Below the pieces are notes generated by a model, which was not told the DNA's origin, searched no databases, and saw nothing but the letters and a program-made list of their open reading frames with translations. From the NCBI GenBank assembly GCA_031411055.1, contig JANOAI010000229.1:2271-66270 (forward strand): a DNA stretch of 64,000 nucleotides. The letters run 5' to 3'. Position numbers and translations under genes: made by a program. Below are positions 37,087 to 46,829 of the stretch, one piece after another. Position 1 is the stretch's first letter. Every line of letters begins with the position of its first letter. Source of the DNA: Pirellulaceae bacterium. GTDB taxonomy: Bacteria; Planctomycetota; Planctomycetia; Pirellulales; Pirellulaceae.

Positions 37087-38105
37087 AGAAGCTTATCGTT
37101 AGACTTAGGCATTTCATCGAGCGCACGACGGACGAGATCATCGCTCGTTAAGCCTTCGGCTTGGGCGGCGAAACTGGGAACCAAACGATGGCGTAAAACT
37201 GGCAAGGCGAGGCTTCGCACATCTTCGAGAGAGACAAAATGTCGGCCATGCAAGAGAGCTCGAGCTTTTGCCGCTAAGACTAACTGCTGACAAGCTCGAG
37301 GTCCCGGTCCCCAATCAATCTTGTCGGCAACCCATTTTAATTTCGAACTTTCTTCGGGACGAAGCGAACGAACCAAGTTAAGAATGAGATTCTTGGCGCC
37401 ATCCGGCAGTGGCACTAGGCGAACCGTTTTCTGAAACTCGATAATTTCTTCACCGCCGATGACCGATTCAATTTTGGCAGAGTAGCTACTGGTTGTCCGA
37501 TCGATGATTTCGGCTTCTTGTTCGAGGGTTGGATAATTCACTACGACTTGAAAGAGAAAACGATCGCGTTGGGCTTCGGGTAGCGGGTACGTTCCTTCTT
37601 GTTCAATCGGGTTCTGCGTCGCAAGAACGAAGAATGGCTCGGCAAGTTTATAGGTTTTTCCACCCACCGTGACTTCGTGCTCTTGCATGGCTTCGAGCAA
37701 TGCCGCTTGCGTCTTGGGTGGGGTGCGATTGATTTCGTCCGCCAGGAGGATTTGGGTAAAGACCGGGCCTTTTTGAAAAACGAGCTGTCGATGGCCCGTT
37801 TGAGGATTCTCTTGAATGATATCGGTCCCGGTGATGTCGGCAGGCATCAAGTCGGGAGTAAATTGGATGCGATGAAAGGTCAGTTCCATCGATTCGGCGA
37901 GTGACTTGACCATCAACGTCTTGGCGAGCCCCGGCACCCCTTGTAGCAAGCAGTGGCCGCGAGAAAGGACCGCAATTAACAATTGTTCGATCGTGTCATC
38001 TTGGCCAACGACAATTTTTCCGATCTGCTCGCGAATTTTTTTGCAGGCGGACCGTAGTCGTTCAGCCCTAGCAAGATCTTGTTGGTCCGGGGGCGCAACA
38101 GGCAT
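37083..38105 (-). CDS. MoxR-family AAA+ ATPase
   Basis: 340 aa. Motifs are [13 protein letters not shown] (Walker A), ILLADEINR (Walker B) and [22 protein letters not shown]. Confidence 0.9.
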   Translation of the reverse strand: MPVAPPDQQDLARAERLRSACKKIREQIGKIVVGQDDTIEQLLIAVLSRGHCLLQGVPGLAKTLMVKSLAESMELTFHRIQFTPDLMPADITGTDIIQENPQTGHRQLVFQKGPVFTQILLADEINRTPPKTQAALLEAMQEHEVTVGGKTYKLAEPFFVLATQNPIEQEGTYPLPEAQRDRFLFQVVVNYPTLEQEAEIIDRTTSSYSAKIESVIGGEEIIEFQKTVRLVPLPDGAKNLILNLVRSLRPEESSKLKWVADKIDWGPGPRACQQLVLAAKARALLHGRHFVSLEDVRSLALPVLRHRLVPSFAAQAEGLTSDDLVRRALDEMPKSNDKLL

Positions 38106-38429
38106 TCAAATCACTCCGAGCAGTCGAGGCGGGGTCAACCGAAAAGGAAAAAGGGGGGCGGAAGCAAAAAAGGCCTACGGCCACTTTGCTCCTTTAATTT
38201 TAACCAATAAATCCCTCGTCCCAGTCCTTAGATGAGAAGAATACATAAGTTTGATCGTGTACTGGTCTGCCGCCACCTCCGCCGTCGCGACAATCATACT
38301 GGCGGAGCGTCGAGGGGCACGAGAACACACTTTGAGGCTCGGTTGTCAAATCTTCGCGGGTAAGCCATAATCCGCTGTCTTTCCTTTGGAACACGGCCTC
38401 TGGAGTACCGGCATCGTCCGGTCCGGTCT

Positions 38430-39911
38430 ATGGAAGACAAACTTGCTTATTCAGGCATCACCTTTGACGATGTCCTTCTTGAACCGCGATTTAGCGAGTT
38501 TCTGCCCAGCCAAGCTGACGTTTCGACGCAGCTCACGAAGCGTATCCGGCTTCAAATCCCGTTGCTTTCCTCACCGATGGATACGGTCACGGAAGCCGAA
38601 ATGGCGATCGCCCTTTCCAAAGTGGGTGGACTAGGCGTTATCCACAAGAATATGCCGGTCGACGCTCAAGCGGAGGAAGTGACCAAGGTAAAACGTTCCG
38701 CCAATGGCATCATTCTGGATCCGGTCACCCTTTCGCCACATGACAAAGTCGAACGGGCTCGCGAGATCATGAGCCAGCAAAACGTGTCGGGCGTCCCGAT
38801 TGTGGAAAAGGGGGGAAAGTTAGTTGGCATTCTGACTCGCCGCGACCTTCGATTTCTCGAATCGTCCGATCTTGAGATATTTTCGGTCATGACCAAGGAA
38901 AATCTGGTCACTGCCCAGGGGAATGTAACGCTTGCGGAAGCTGAGCGGATTTTAACGGATAAAAAGGTGGAGAAACTTTTACTGGTTGACGATGGATACA
39001 AACTGACGGGACTCATTACGATCAAAGACATCGACATGATGAAGCGATACCCAACGGCATGCAAAGATGCCTTGGGAAGACTTCGAGTTGGTGCGGCGAT
39101 CGGCGTGCATGATCTGGAACGAGCCGAACAGCTTATCAAGCGAGGAGTCGACGTTTTAATCGTCGACAGTGCGCATGGTCATTCGGCCAACGTGATCGAG
39201 ACGGTGCGTCAAGTCAAACGTCAGTGGGACATCGACGTGATCGCTGGAAATGTGGCTACTTTTGAAGGTGGCCGCGATTTGGCGAAAGCCGGTGCGGATG
39301 CCGTGAAAGTCGGTATTGGACCAGGTTCGATATGCACAACGCGTGTCATATCGGGAGTCGGGGTCCCTCAGATTACCGCGATATACCAGACGACTAAAGC
39401 TTGCCAAGAGGCAGGGATACCGACCATCGCCGATGGCGGCATTCGCTACAGTGGTGACATTACCAAAGCGATTGCAGCCGGAGCAAACTGCGTGATGATC
39501 GGTGGCCTGTTTGCTGGCTTAGCCGAAAGCCCCGGACGAACGATTCTGTATCAAGGCCGAACCTTCAAGGCCTACCGCGGAATGGGATCGCTCGGAGCAA
39601 TGGTCAAAGGCAGCAGCGAACGCTATCGACAATCGGCTCAAGACCCACTTTCCAAGTTGGTCCCTGAAGGAGTCGAAGGTCGAGTCCCGTTCAAAGGGTC
39701 ATTAGCCGACTATGTTTACCAACTAGTCGGTGGCCTGCGAGCTGGCATGGGATATTGTGGTACTCGGACGATCGAAGAACTTCGTAAGGACGTGAAGTTC
39801 ATCAAAATCTCCCCCGCCACCGTGCGAGAGAATCATCCACATGACATCGCGATCACTCAAGAGTCTCCGAACTACAGCCCGGAACACAACGCCGGTAACG
39901 ACGCGGGTTAA
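38430..39911 (+). CDS. guaB: IMP dehydrogenase
   Basis: 493 aa. It has [10 protein letters not shown], a CBS pair, [12 protein letters not shown] (catalytic Cys loop) and YRGMGS. Confidence 0.95.
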   Translation: MEDKLAYSGITFDDVLLEPRFSEFLPSQADVSTQLTKRIRLQIPLLSSPMDTVTEAEMAIALSKVGGLGVIHKNMPVDAQAEEVTKVKRSANGIILDPVTLSPHDKVERAREIMSQQNVSGVPIVEKGGKLVGILTRRDLRFLESSDLEIFSVMTKENLVTAQGNVTLAEAERILTDKKVEKLLLVDDGYKLTGLITIKDIDMMKRYPTACKDALGRLRVGAAIGVHDLERAEQLIKRGVDVLIVDSAHGHSANVIETVRQVKRQWDIDVIAGNVATFEGGRDLAKAGADAVKVGIGPGSICTTRVISGVGVPQITAIYQTTKACQEAGIPTIADGGIRYSGDITKAIAAGANCVMIGGLFAGLAESPGRTILYQGRTFKAYRGMGSLGAMVKGSSERYRQSAQDPLSKLVPEGVEGRVPFKGSLADYVYQLVGGLRAGMGYCGTRTIEELRKDVKFIKISPATVRENHPHDIAITQESPNYSPEHNAGNDAG

Positions 39912-41739
39912 TAGCCCGACGAAAAAAAGGTGTCAGGAACCTTTTGCGAGGAACTCGCCCTTTGGGTGCTTAGCACAAAAGGTTCCTGACACCTTTTTTT
40001 CGACAGCATTCGCGTCTGCCTTGTTGGCTACCCTTGCAAGTGGCGAATTCGCCCTTGCTCAAAATGGTTGGTCGCCAGCGCCGTTCGTTCCGTCTCCGAA
40101 CGTTCGCCCTCTGTCGGAAAACAATGCCCCTGTCAATCGATTGCGCAACGATGCTCCCTCGCCCAACGCGACTCCGTTTGCAGCTCGATGGGGCAAGCCT
40201 CAACAGGTAACCGGTACCGCGCAGGCCGCAACGCCTTCATCGCAGATCAACTACGATCAGTCCGTACAGCCGATGCCGATCGCGAACAGCCCCGAATTCA
40301 GCAAACAACGAATTGCGACCGCAGCCGCGACACCTGCGTTGAAAGGGGACGTTCAAAATAGTTACCGAGATCCGAACGACATCTTCGCGGCTACACCAGC
40401 CTCGCCAAAACCGACGAAACAAGTCAGCGAGTATTCGGTTTCCAGCGACAACAACTATTCGGTGCCTTCGAACACAAACGCACAGCGAATCCGGGAAGAA
40501 AATGCACCGGTCGTGGCTCGAAAAAGTGTAGCCCAACGAAACTCGGAGATGGATTGGACGACGCTACCAAACCGCGGACAATCGCAAGTCCGCGACCATC
40601 AAGTTGCGAATTCTAACCCTAGCGATCGTACGCCATACACTTCTTCGGTTCAGCAAGTGGCACATCGACCGAACACGTTACGCCCTTCCCAGCCCGAAGT
40701 GATCACCGCTGCGAACTGGACCAATCGCAACCAGGAAGAAGAACCGGCGACGCGAAGCGTTCTTCAACGAACGCAGCCCGAAAACCTGTTTGATGAACCG
40801 TCAACCATTCAGGCGCCACCATCCATTCAATCACCGTTTTCCGAGAAAACTCCCCCTAAACTCCCACCGAATCCATTCCCACCTAAGCTCGACAAAGAAG
40901 AGCCAGAACTATTGCCGACCGAACCACCAAGTCTTCGCAGCAACAAGAATGACAGGAACTCGCCATCGGATCTGGACATGCCGCCATCGGGCTTTCGGCC
41001 TGGCGATCGAGAGCCCGGCGATCGCGTTCCGCAACGACCAAGTCCGTCAAAGAAGAATATTGCTAATTGTGACGAGGTTCGAGATCGGGCTTCTTCTTCA
41101 AGCATAAGTAGCATCGACCTTGATGTCGCTCCGAACTTTGGTGTCAGTCCGAAAGAAAAACTGACTCCCGACGATAAACGTCGAAACTTTGTCCAATCAG
41201 CTCCCATCCGCACGTGGCGAGACCATGATGGAAATGTGGTTGCTGAAGGAAAATTGATTGATCACACGAATCATCTTGTGATCATCGAGAATTCAACCGG
41301 CACCCGACAGTCCATTGAACTGCGCAGCCTTAGCGATTCCGATGCCGTCTACGTTTTCGAATCGTGGGGACTCCCTGTAACTTGCTCACTTGGTAACCTG
41401 CCGACGCAGCCTCGCGAATACACCGGAACGACCGTTGCATGGAAAGCATCAGGACTTTGCCACAAGCCGTTGTATTTTGAAGAAATTCAGCTGGAACGTA
41501 GCGGCCATGAATACGGTCCGATCATTCAGCCAGCGATTTCGACTGTTCATTTCTTCAAGAATATCGCTTTCTTGCCCTATAAGATGGGGATCCATCCGAT
41601 GAACGAGTGCCAGTACGCACTCGGACATTATCGACCAGGTAACTGTGCTCCATGGAGCATTGAACCCATTCCATTGAGCCTCCGAGGCGCAGCAGCCCAA
41701 GCAAAAGTCATCACCGGAACGGCCTTGATGTTTCCGTAG
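39841..41739 (+). CDS. Pro-rich secreted protein with SHD1 domain and conserved Cys-containing C-terminal domain; start uncertain
   Basis: SHD1-like [50 protein letters not shown]. The C-terminus is [27 protein letters not shown]...[16 protein letters not shown]. Signal-like [19 protein letters not shown]. The only canonical in-frame starts are ATG 39841 (inside guaB, upstream of the hairpin) and TTG 40021/40024 (too late for a signal peptide). Confidence 0.5.
   Translation: MTSRSLKSLRTTARNTTPVTTRVNSPTKKRCQEPFARNSPFGCLAQKVPDTFFSTAFASALLATLASGEFALAQNGWSPAPFVPSPNVRPLSENNAPVNRLRNDAPSPNATPFAARWGKPQQVTGTAQAATPSSQINYDQSVQPMPIANSPEFSKQRIATAAATPALKGDVQNSYRDPNDIFAATPASPKPTKQVSEYSVSSDNNYSVPSNTNAQRIREENAPVVARKSVAQRNSEMDWTTLPNRGQSQVRDHQVANSNPSDRTPYTSSVQQVAHRPNTLRPSQPEVITAANWTNRNQEEEPATRSVLQRTQPENLFDEPSTIQAPPSIQSPFSEKTPPKLPPNPFPPKLDKEEPELLPTEPPSLRSNKNDRNSPSDLDMPPSGFRPGDREPGDRVPQRPSPSKKNIANCDEVRDRASSSSISSIDLDVAPNFGVSPKEKLTPDDKRRNFVQSAPIRTWRDHDGNVVAEGKLIDHTNHLVIIENSTGTRQSIELRSLSDSDAVYVFESWGLPVTCSLGNLPTQPREYTGTTVAWKASGLCHKPLYFEEIQLERSGHEYGPIIQPAISTVHFFKNIAFLPYKMGIHPMNECQYALGHYRPGNCAPWSIEPIPLSLRGAAAQAKVITGTALMFP
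39921..40001. repeat. 26-bp perfect inverted repeat (terminator-like long hairpin)
   Basis: GAAAAAAAGGTGTCAGGAACCTTTTG (39921-39946) and CAAAAGGTTCCTGACACCTTTTTTTC (39976-40001), with a 29-nt loop. It begins 10 nt after the guaB stop. Confidence 0.85.
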
Positions 41740-41757
41740 GTGATATCGACGAAGAGT

Positions 41758-41788
41758 GGAACACTAATCTTCACTGATCGCCACTAAT
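41758..41788. repeat. triple CACTAAT repeat block (copy 1)
   Basis: ggaaCACTAATcttCACTGATcgcCACTAAT, with 10-nt phasing. It lies 19 nt upstream of the GxxExxY start. Confidence 0.8.
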
Positions 41789-41806
41789 AAATGGCAGAGA
41801 ATTGGT

Positions 41807-42172
41807 ATGTTCAAGCAAGAGGGGTACGACCTGATGGGAGCGGCCTTCGAGGTCTACAACGTTCTGGGTTATGGTATGGCTGAAGAGATTTATCAGCAGA
41901 GCCTTGAGATCGAATTAAACCTTCGGAAGATTCCGTTCCTAAGTAAAGCGATCGTCGACGTATACTTCAAGGAGCAGAAACTCAGTACCAAGTACCAACC
42001 GGACTTACTCGTCTTCAGCGAAATCGTTGTCGAACTCAAAGCCGTCAAAGCCTTAGCGTCTGAACACGAATCGCAACTCTTCAACTACATGCGAATTTCC
42101 AAGAAACGAGTTGGTTACCTGATCAATTTTGGTTCTGCCAGCCAGCTCGAATGGAAGCGTTATGCAATTTGA
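41807..42172 (+). CDS. GxxExxY protein (PD-(D/E)XK nuclease-fold family)
   Basis: 121 aa. GAAFEVYNVLGYGMAEEIYQQSLEIEL carries the GxxExxY motif. It also has DLLVFSEIVVELKAV and GYLINFG. Confidence 0.85.
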   Translation: MFKQEGYDLMGAAFEVYNVLGYGMAEEIYQQSLEIELNLRKIPFLSKAIVDVYFKEQKLSTKYQPDLLVFSEIVVELKAVKALASEHESQLFNYMRISKKRVGYLINFGSASQLEWKRYAI

Positions 42173-42186
42173 TTGCGGAAAGATGA

Positions 42187-42330
42187 ATGGGAACACTAAT
42201 CTTCACTAATCGACACTAATTCTGAGCGTGAGTCTGAATAATTTTTATTGGACTTGTTTGAGCAATGCCCGCCCTTCATTTTCCAAACAACCAGCGATTA
42301 GTGAAGATTAGTGCCAATTAGTGTTCCCAT
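42187..42330. repeat. inverted pair of triple CACTAAT repeat blocks (copies 2 and 3)
   Basis: atgggaaCACTAATcttCACTAATcgaCACTAAT (42187-42220) and ATTAGTGaagATTAGTGccaATTAGTGttcccat (42297-42330). The terminal 14 nt are a perfect inverted repeat. Confidence 0.8.
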
Positions 42331-42371
42331 CTACTTCTTTCGGTTCTATAAGTGAAAACGCGAACTACTTT

Positions 42372-43886
42372 CTAATAAGCCCGGGCGAAGATCGCTTGCT
42401 CTTGCGAATCTTGGCCGGTCAAAAAGCATTTTCCAGGAAAACGACCACCTTCGATTGGGATGCAGCGAATGGTGACTTTCAACTCTTGCAGCAGTTTTTC
42501 GACGGCTTGCTCGGACGCGAAATGACATCGAGCGAATCCGCCAAATATCTTGGTCGATTCTTCACTCTCGGTCCCGAAGTAGGATCGAAAGTCTGCTTCG
42601 TTGGTAATCGTTACGGTATTCGCCTCGCGCATGGCTTTGGCGCGTGCTAGCAGATTGTCCTGCATCGCGTCGAGAATCGTCGCGACATTGCCCAAAAACT
42701 CTCCTCGCGGCATGCCAGTCTGTTCACCCGTATCCCGCCTCCCCATAAAAACCGCTTGGTTAGCAAGGTCTTTGGGACCCACTTCCAAGCGAATCGGAAC
42801 TCCACGTTTAACGTGATACCATTTCTTTTCACCGCCGCGCAAATCGCGATCGTCGATATCCGCACGTATCGATTGACCATGGAACATTTGATCGCCAAGT
42901 TCCTTTTTCAGCGTCCGGCAATACTCTAAAACCTCGGTGCGCTGTTGATCATCGCGATAGATCGGCATAATGACGACATGCGTTGGAGCGAGTTTGGGTG
43001 GCAAAACCAAACCGTCATCGTCCGAATGGGCCATGATGAGTGCTCCAATCAAACGCGTCGAGACACCCCAGCTTGTGGTCCAAGCATAAACCGTCTCACC
43101 GGCTTGGTCTTGAAACTTGATCTCTTGAGCCTTCGAAAAATTCTGCCCAAGGAAATGCGAGGTGCCAGCTTGAAGGGCTTTCCGATCTTGCATCATGGCT
43201 TCGATCGAAAGCGTTGTCACAGCACCCGGGAACCTTTCGCCGGCCGTCTTCTCTCCCTTAATAACAGGAACCGCCATATAGTTTTCGGCGAAGTCCGCAT
43301 ACACATCCAGCATGGTTCGCGTCTCTTCCATCGCTTCTTCAGCAGTTGCGTGAACGGTATGACCTTCCTGCCATAGAAATTCGGTCGTGCGAAGGAAAAG
43401 TCGCGTGCGCATTTCCCAGCGAACCACGTTCGCCCATTGGTTGATCAAAATCGGCAAGTCACGATAGGACTGAACCCATTTCGCGTAGGTGGCCCCGATA
43501 ATCGTTTCGCTTGTTGGCCGAACGATGAGCGGCTCTTCGAGCGGCCCGGCCGGTCGCAATCCCCCTTTGCCGTCGGGCTCCAGTCGGTGGTGCGTGACGA
43601 CCGCGCATTCCTTGGCAAAACCCTCGACGTGCTTTGCTTCTTTCTCGAGAAAACTCATCGGAATGAACAAAGGGAAATAGGCATTCTGATGCCCGGTGTC
43701 TTTGAACATTTTGTCCAAAACGCGTTGCATGTTCTCCCATAACGCATAGCCCCACGGTTTGATGACCATGCAGCCGCGGACAGCAGAGTTTTCGGCCATA
43801 TCGGCCGAACGAATGACTTGTTGATACCACTCGGGATAGTTTTCTTGACGCGTTGGCGAGATGGCAGTCTTAGGCGTTTTGTTCAT
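42372..43886 (-). CDS. proS: proline--tRNA ligase (archaeal/eukaryote-like type)
   Basis: 504 aa. Motifs are YPEWYQQVIRSADMAENSAVRGCMVIKPWGYALWE, FRTTEFLWQEGHT and a C-terminal zinc-type end. Confidence 0.95.
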   Translation of the reverse strand: MNKTPKTAISPTRQENYPEWYQQVIRSADMAENSAVRGCMVIKPWGYALWENMQRVLDKMFKDTGHQNAYFPLFIPMSFLEKEAKHVEGFAKECAVVTHHRLEPDGKGGLRPAGPLEEPLIVRPTSETIIGATYAKWVQSYRDLPILINQWANVVRWEMRTRLFLRTTEFLWQEGHTVHATAEEAMEETRTMLDVYADFAENYMAVPVIKGEKTAGERFPGAVTTLSIEAMMQDRKALQAGTSHFLGQNFSKAQEIKFQDQAGETVYAWTTSWGVSTRLIGALIMAHSDDDGLVLPPKLAPTHVVIMPIYRDDQQRTEVLEYCRTLKKELGDQMFHGQSIRADIDDRDLRGGEKKWYHVKRGVPIRLEVGPKDLANQAVFMGRRDTGEQTGMPRGEFLGNVATILDAMQDNLLARAKAMREANTVTITNEADFRSYFGTESEESTKIFGGFARCHFASEQAVEKLLQELKVTIRCIPIEGGRFPGKCFLTGQDSQEQAIFARAY

Positions 43887-43912
43887 GTGAGATCGAATGC
43901 AATGAAAACGTA

Positions 43913-44057
43913 AGGATGAGGCCGAATGGCGTGGACTTTAGGCAATTTTCATGTAGGCGTATCTCTCCGAGACACGCGAATCGCGACAAATGTCGCGATG
44001 TGCGTCTCGGAGAGACGGACCTAAGTGCTAAAGTCCACGCCATTCAGGATGAGGCCG
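43913..44057. mobile_element. MITE-like nested palindrome flanked by 12-nt direct repeats
   Basis: The direct repeat AGGATGAGGCCG occurs at 43913-43924 and 44046-44057. The terminal 18-nt perfect inverted repeat is GAATGGCGTGGACTTTAG / CTAAAGTCCACGCCATTC. Inner palindromes are TCTCTCCGAGAC/GTCTCGGAGAGA and ATCGCGAC-AAAT-GTCGCGAT. Confidence 0.5.
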
Positions 44058-44429
44058 CAGGTCATAAGGTGAACGCCAAGTTTAGACGGCCCTGTGGTTT
44101 CTTCCAAGCGACCATCTTCATTAAATCATCACGCTTTCTTCACGCAATCTTCGCGAACATTCGAAGCGAGGCAATCGTAACCAGCAAAAAGCAATCGTGA
44201 GACTGGATCCTGCCTAATTCAAACAAGGCAAAAGGGGTAAGCGAATGGCCAAAGCGTTGCCCGTAGACATCCCGATTCACCATTTCTTAATGATGAGTTA
44301 ACCGTTTCTTCATCAAACGTCCCTTTTATCTAAACATTGCAAGCATAGACTCTCGTTCGCAATTTTTGATGAACGCATCCATTGGAACGATGCTTCTCGA
44401 TGTTTTCCTGTTTTTTGGAAGGTGATGGA

Positions 44430-45638
44430 ATGAAGAAGAGTTTATTTGGTCGTCGTCGAGCCTTTACGCTCGTCGAACTTCTGGTCGTGATCACGATCAT
44501 CGGAATTTTGGCAAGTCTTCTCTTGCCAGCCATTCAGCAAGCCCGCGAGGCCGCTCGTCGCTCGCAATGCGGAAGCAACATGCGAAACTTGGGTTTGGCG
44601 GTGTTGAACTTTGAATCAGCATTTAAGATGCTGCCTCGAGCTGGTGAGCACCTTGTGCAAAACCCATCGGATTCAAACAAGGTTTACAAGACGCAAGACT
44701 TTCAAGCTCTGACAACGCTGATTCTTCCGTACGTCGATCAACAAAACATCTACGACTCGATGAATCTCAAAGAGCGTTACAACGACATTGCTGTTGCATC
44801 GGGCGGCCCGGGAATCCCGGCTGTGACAGGTTCGAACATTACCGCTTTTAATAATGGTTTCGGATCCTCGGCGTTGATCCCAGTCTATGTCTGCCCAACG
44901 AACAGTCTCCGAGACGGTAATAACGATACGGCAGGCCATGGTTGCCTCGACTATGCACCGCTTCCATACATGGAAATCAGCACCACGGTACAACCTGGTG
45001 AAACGGAAACTCCAGCAGCGATCAGTGGCATGGCGGCTGGTTTCTACAAAACCATGCTTACCGCGAAGGCTTACGATAACGACGTAACGACAGGTTTCTA
45101 CTCCACTCAAACGAGTAGCGATCCTCTCGTAGCTACAAAGAAGAAGTATCAACTTCGACCCACGCAAGAACTGCTCGCCAAGCGATCGTTCGACCCGACC
45201 GAAGGCGGCGCCAAGATGTCTCAAACGACAGATGGTTTGTCGAACTCGATCATGATCTATGAAGATACCGGTCGCAATGACACCATGATTCCCGATGCTC
45301 CAACCGCGGCGCTCCCTGCGAATAGCTATCTTGACCCGGTTACCGGCGAAGGTCGCAAGCACTGGCGATGGGCCGAGCCAGATTCTTCTTCGGGCGCTTC
45401 CAAGAAGATGAACAACAGCAAGAATCCTAAGGGTGGACCAGTTGGAGTTTGTACTTGGAACAACCATGACTGCGGACCGAACAACGAATGGTTCAGCTTC
45501 CACAATGGTGGTGCGAACGCCGTTTTGGGTGATGGTAGCGTTCGCTTCTTCAGCGAAAACCTCAGCCTGAAAACGCTCTACTCGTTGCAATCTCGAGACA
45601 ACGGTGAGTCCATCAAGGCCGATGCGTTAACGAACTAA
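44430..45638 (+). CDS. DUF1559 family protein with prepilin-type N-terminal domain (H-X9-DG protein)
   Basis: [54 protein letters not shown]. The C-terminus [14 protein letters not shown] fits H-X9-DG. I prefer ATG 44430 (GGAAGGTGA upstream) over the track start at 44382. Confidence 0.85.
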   Translation: MKKSLFGRRRAFTLVELLVVITIIGILASLLLPAIQQAREAARRSQCGSNMRNLGLAVLNFESAFKMLPRAGEHLVQNPSDSNKVYKTQDFQALTTLILPYVDQQNIYDSMNLKERYNDIAVASGGPGIPAVTGSNITAFNNGFGSSALIPVYVCPTNSLRDGNNDTAGHGCLDYAPLPYMEISTTVQPGETETPAAISGMAAGFYKTMLTAKAYDNDVTTGFYSTQTSSDPLVATKKKYQLRPTQELLAKRSFDPTEGGAKMSQTTDGLSNSIMIYEDTGRNDTMIPDAPTAALPANSYLDPVTGEGRKHWRWAEPDSSSGASKKMNNSKNPKGGPVGVCTWNNHDCGPNNEWFSFHNGGANAVLGDGSVRFFSENLSLKTLYSLQSRDNGESIKADALTN

Positions 45639-45701
45639 TGTTAACTTGGCATAATTATTCATCTCATTGAGCCACGTTCGAATCGAACGTAGCCGTCAAG
45701 A

Positions 45702-45738
45702 ACGTAGGCTCATTGTTTCAATGAGCCTACGTTTTTTT
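45702..45738 (+). terminator. intrinsic terminator
   Basis: ACGTAGGCTCATTG-ttt-CAATGAGCCTACGT followed by TTTTTT. Confidence 0.8.
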
Positions 45739-45795
45739 GCATTTTAATTGCGAACGAAGATACCCTTCAATTCAACTAACGAAACGTAACGTGGC

Positions 45796-46683
45796 ATGGG
45801 TTTTTTCAGCAAGATTTTTGGTGGCATTCAAGAAACAGGCGTAGACATCGAGGCACGCTTCGAACGATTGCGAACCGCCGTTGCCGGAACAATGAGCACG
45901 TTCTTTGTTGCTCGTGACCGAGAAAACGGAAATCGTATCGTGGGCGTCAAGTTGCTGGATCCGGCGAAGGTCGAGCATTTCGAAAGCCGCTTTAAAGGGC
46001 ACAATAAGCCATCTGAAGGGGAAATCGCGATGGGCATGACCCACCCCAATGTCGTGAAAACCTATGAGTTCGGAACGACATCGAAGGGCCTTCCTTTTCT
46101 TGTCACAGAATTTATTGATGGACCTGGACTTCACGTCTTAATTCAAGAAAAAGCCGAAGACCGTATCCGCGGCAAACGGCTAACGATGATTCGCAATATG
46201 GCCAACGCCCTAGCCCATGTTCATGTGAATGGCTTTATCCATCGCGATATTTGTCCACGCAATTACATCGCAACCGAAGATTTTTCCGTCGTCAAACTGA
46301 TCGACTTTGGGTTAACGCTCCCAGCCACCAAACCCTTTATGCAGCCGGGGAATCGGACCGGGACCCCCCTTTATATGGCTCCTGAAATCGTTCGACGACG
46401 GGCGACCGATCAACGAGTCGATGTCTTCTCGCTCGGCGTAACGTGCTACCATCTGCTGACCTTTGAATTGCCCTGGCCCGTCGGTGCCGCGAATGGGTTA
46501 GCCGCGCTGCAGCATGATACGTCTCCGCCAACCGACATCTTTCAGTATCGTCCCGATCTGGATCGCAATCTCGGAATTGCGATCATGAATGCGATGCATC
46601 CAGACGTCAATCAACGTACGCCGGATGTTCATGCATTTGTAAATCAAATTCGCAAAAGTAAATCGGAATTGGCGGCGGCGTAG
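45796..46683 (+). CDS. serine/threonine protein kinase (kinase domain only)
   Basis: 295 aa. It has a VGVKLL-type Lys, HRDICPRNY, DFGLT and LYMAPE. Confidence 0.85.
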   Translation: MGFFSKIFGGIQETGVDIEARFERLRTAVAGTMSTFFVARDRENGNRIVGVKLLDPAKVEHFESRFKGHNKPSEGEIAMGMTHPNVVKTYEFGTTSKGLPFLVTEFIDGPGLHVLIQEKAEDRIRGKRLTMIRNMANALAHVHVNGFIHRDICPRNYIATEDFSVVKLIDFGLTLPATKPFMQPGNRTGTPLYMAPEIVRRRATDQRVDVFSLGVTCYHLLTFELPWPVGAANGLAALQHDTSPPTDIFQYRPDLDRNLGIAIMNAMHPDVNQRTPDVHAFVNQIRKSKSELAAA

Positions 46684-46829
46684 CAGGCTGCTCAGGTAAT
46701 AACGCGCAGCGCAAGCAAGCGGTTACACTCTGCCACTCGCTAGCGCTTCGTGTGATGTTAATCGCCACTATTCTCAAAATTCGTATTAAATCAACACCCC
46801 GCTAGGGCCGATCTTCCATGGCGCGACTT

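Noticed and set aside
44673-45590. 305-aa antisense ORF.
   Set aside because: It lies entirely within, and opposite to, the well-supported DUF1559 gene. It is Arg/Val-rich shadow-ORF composition with no motifs.
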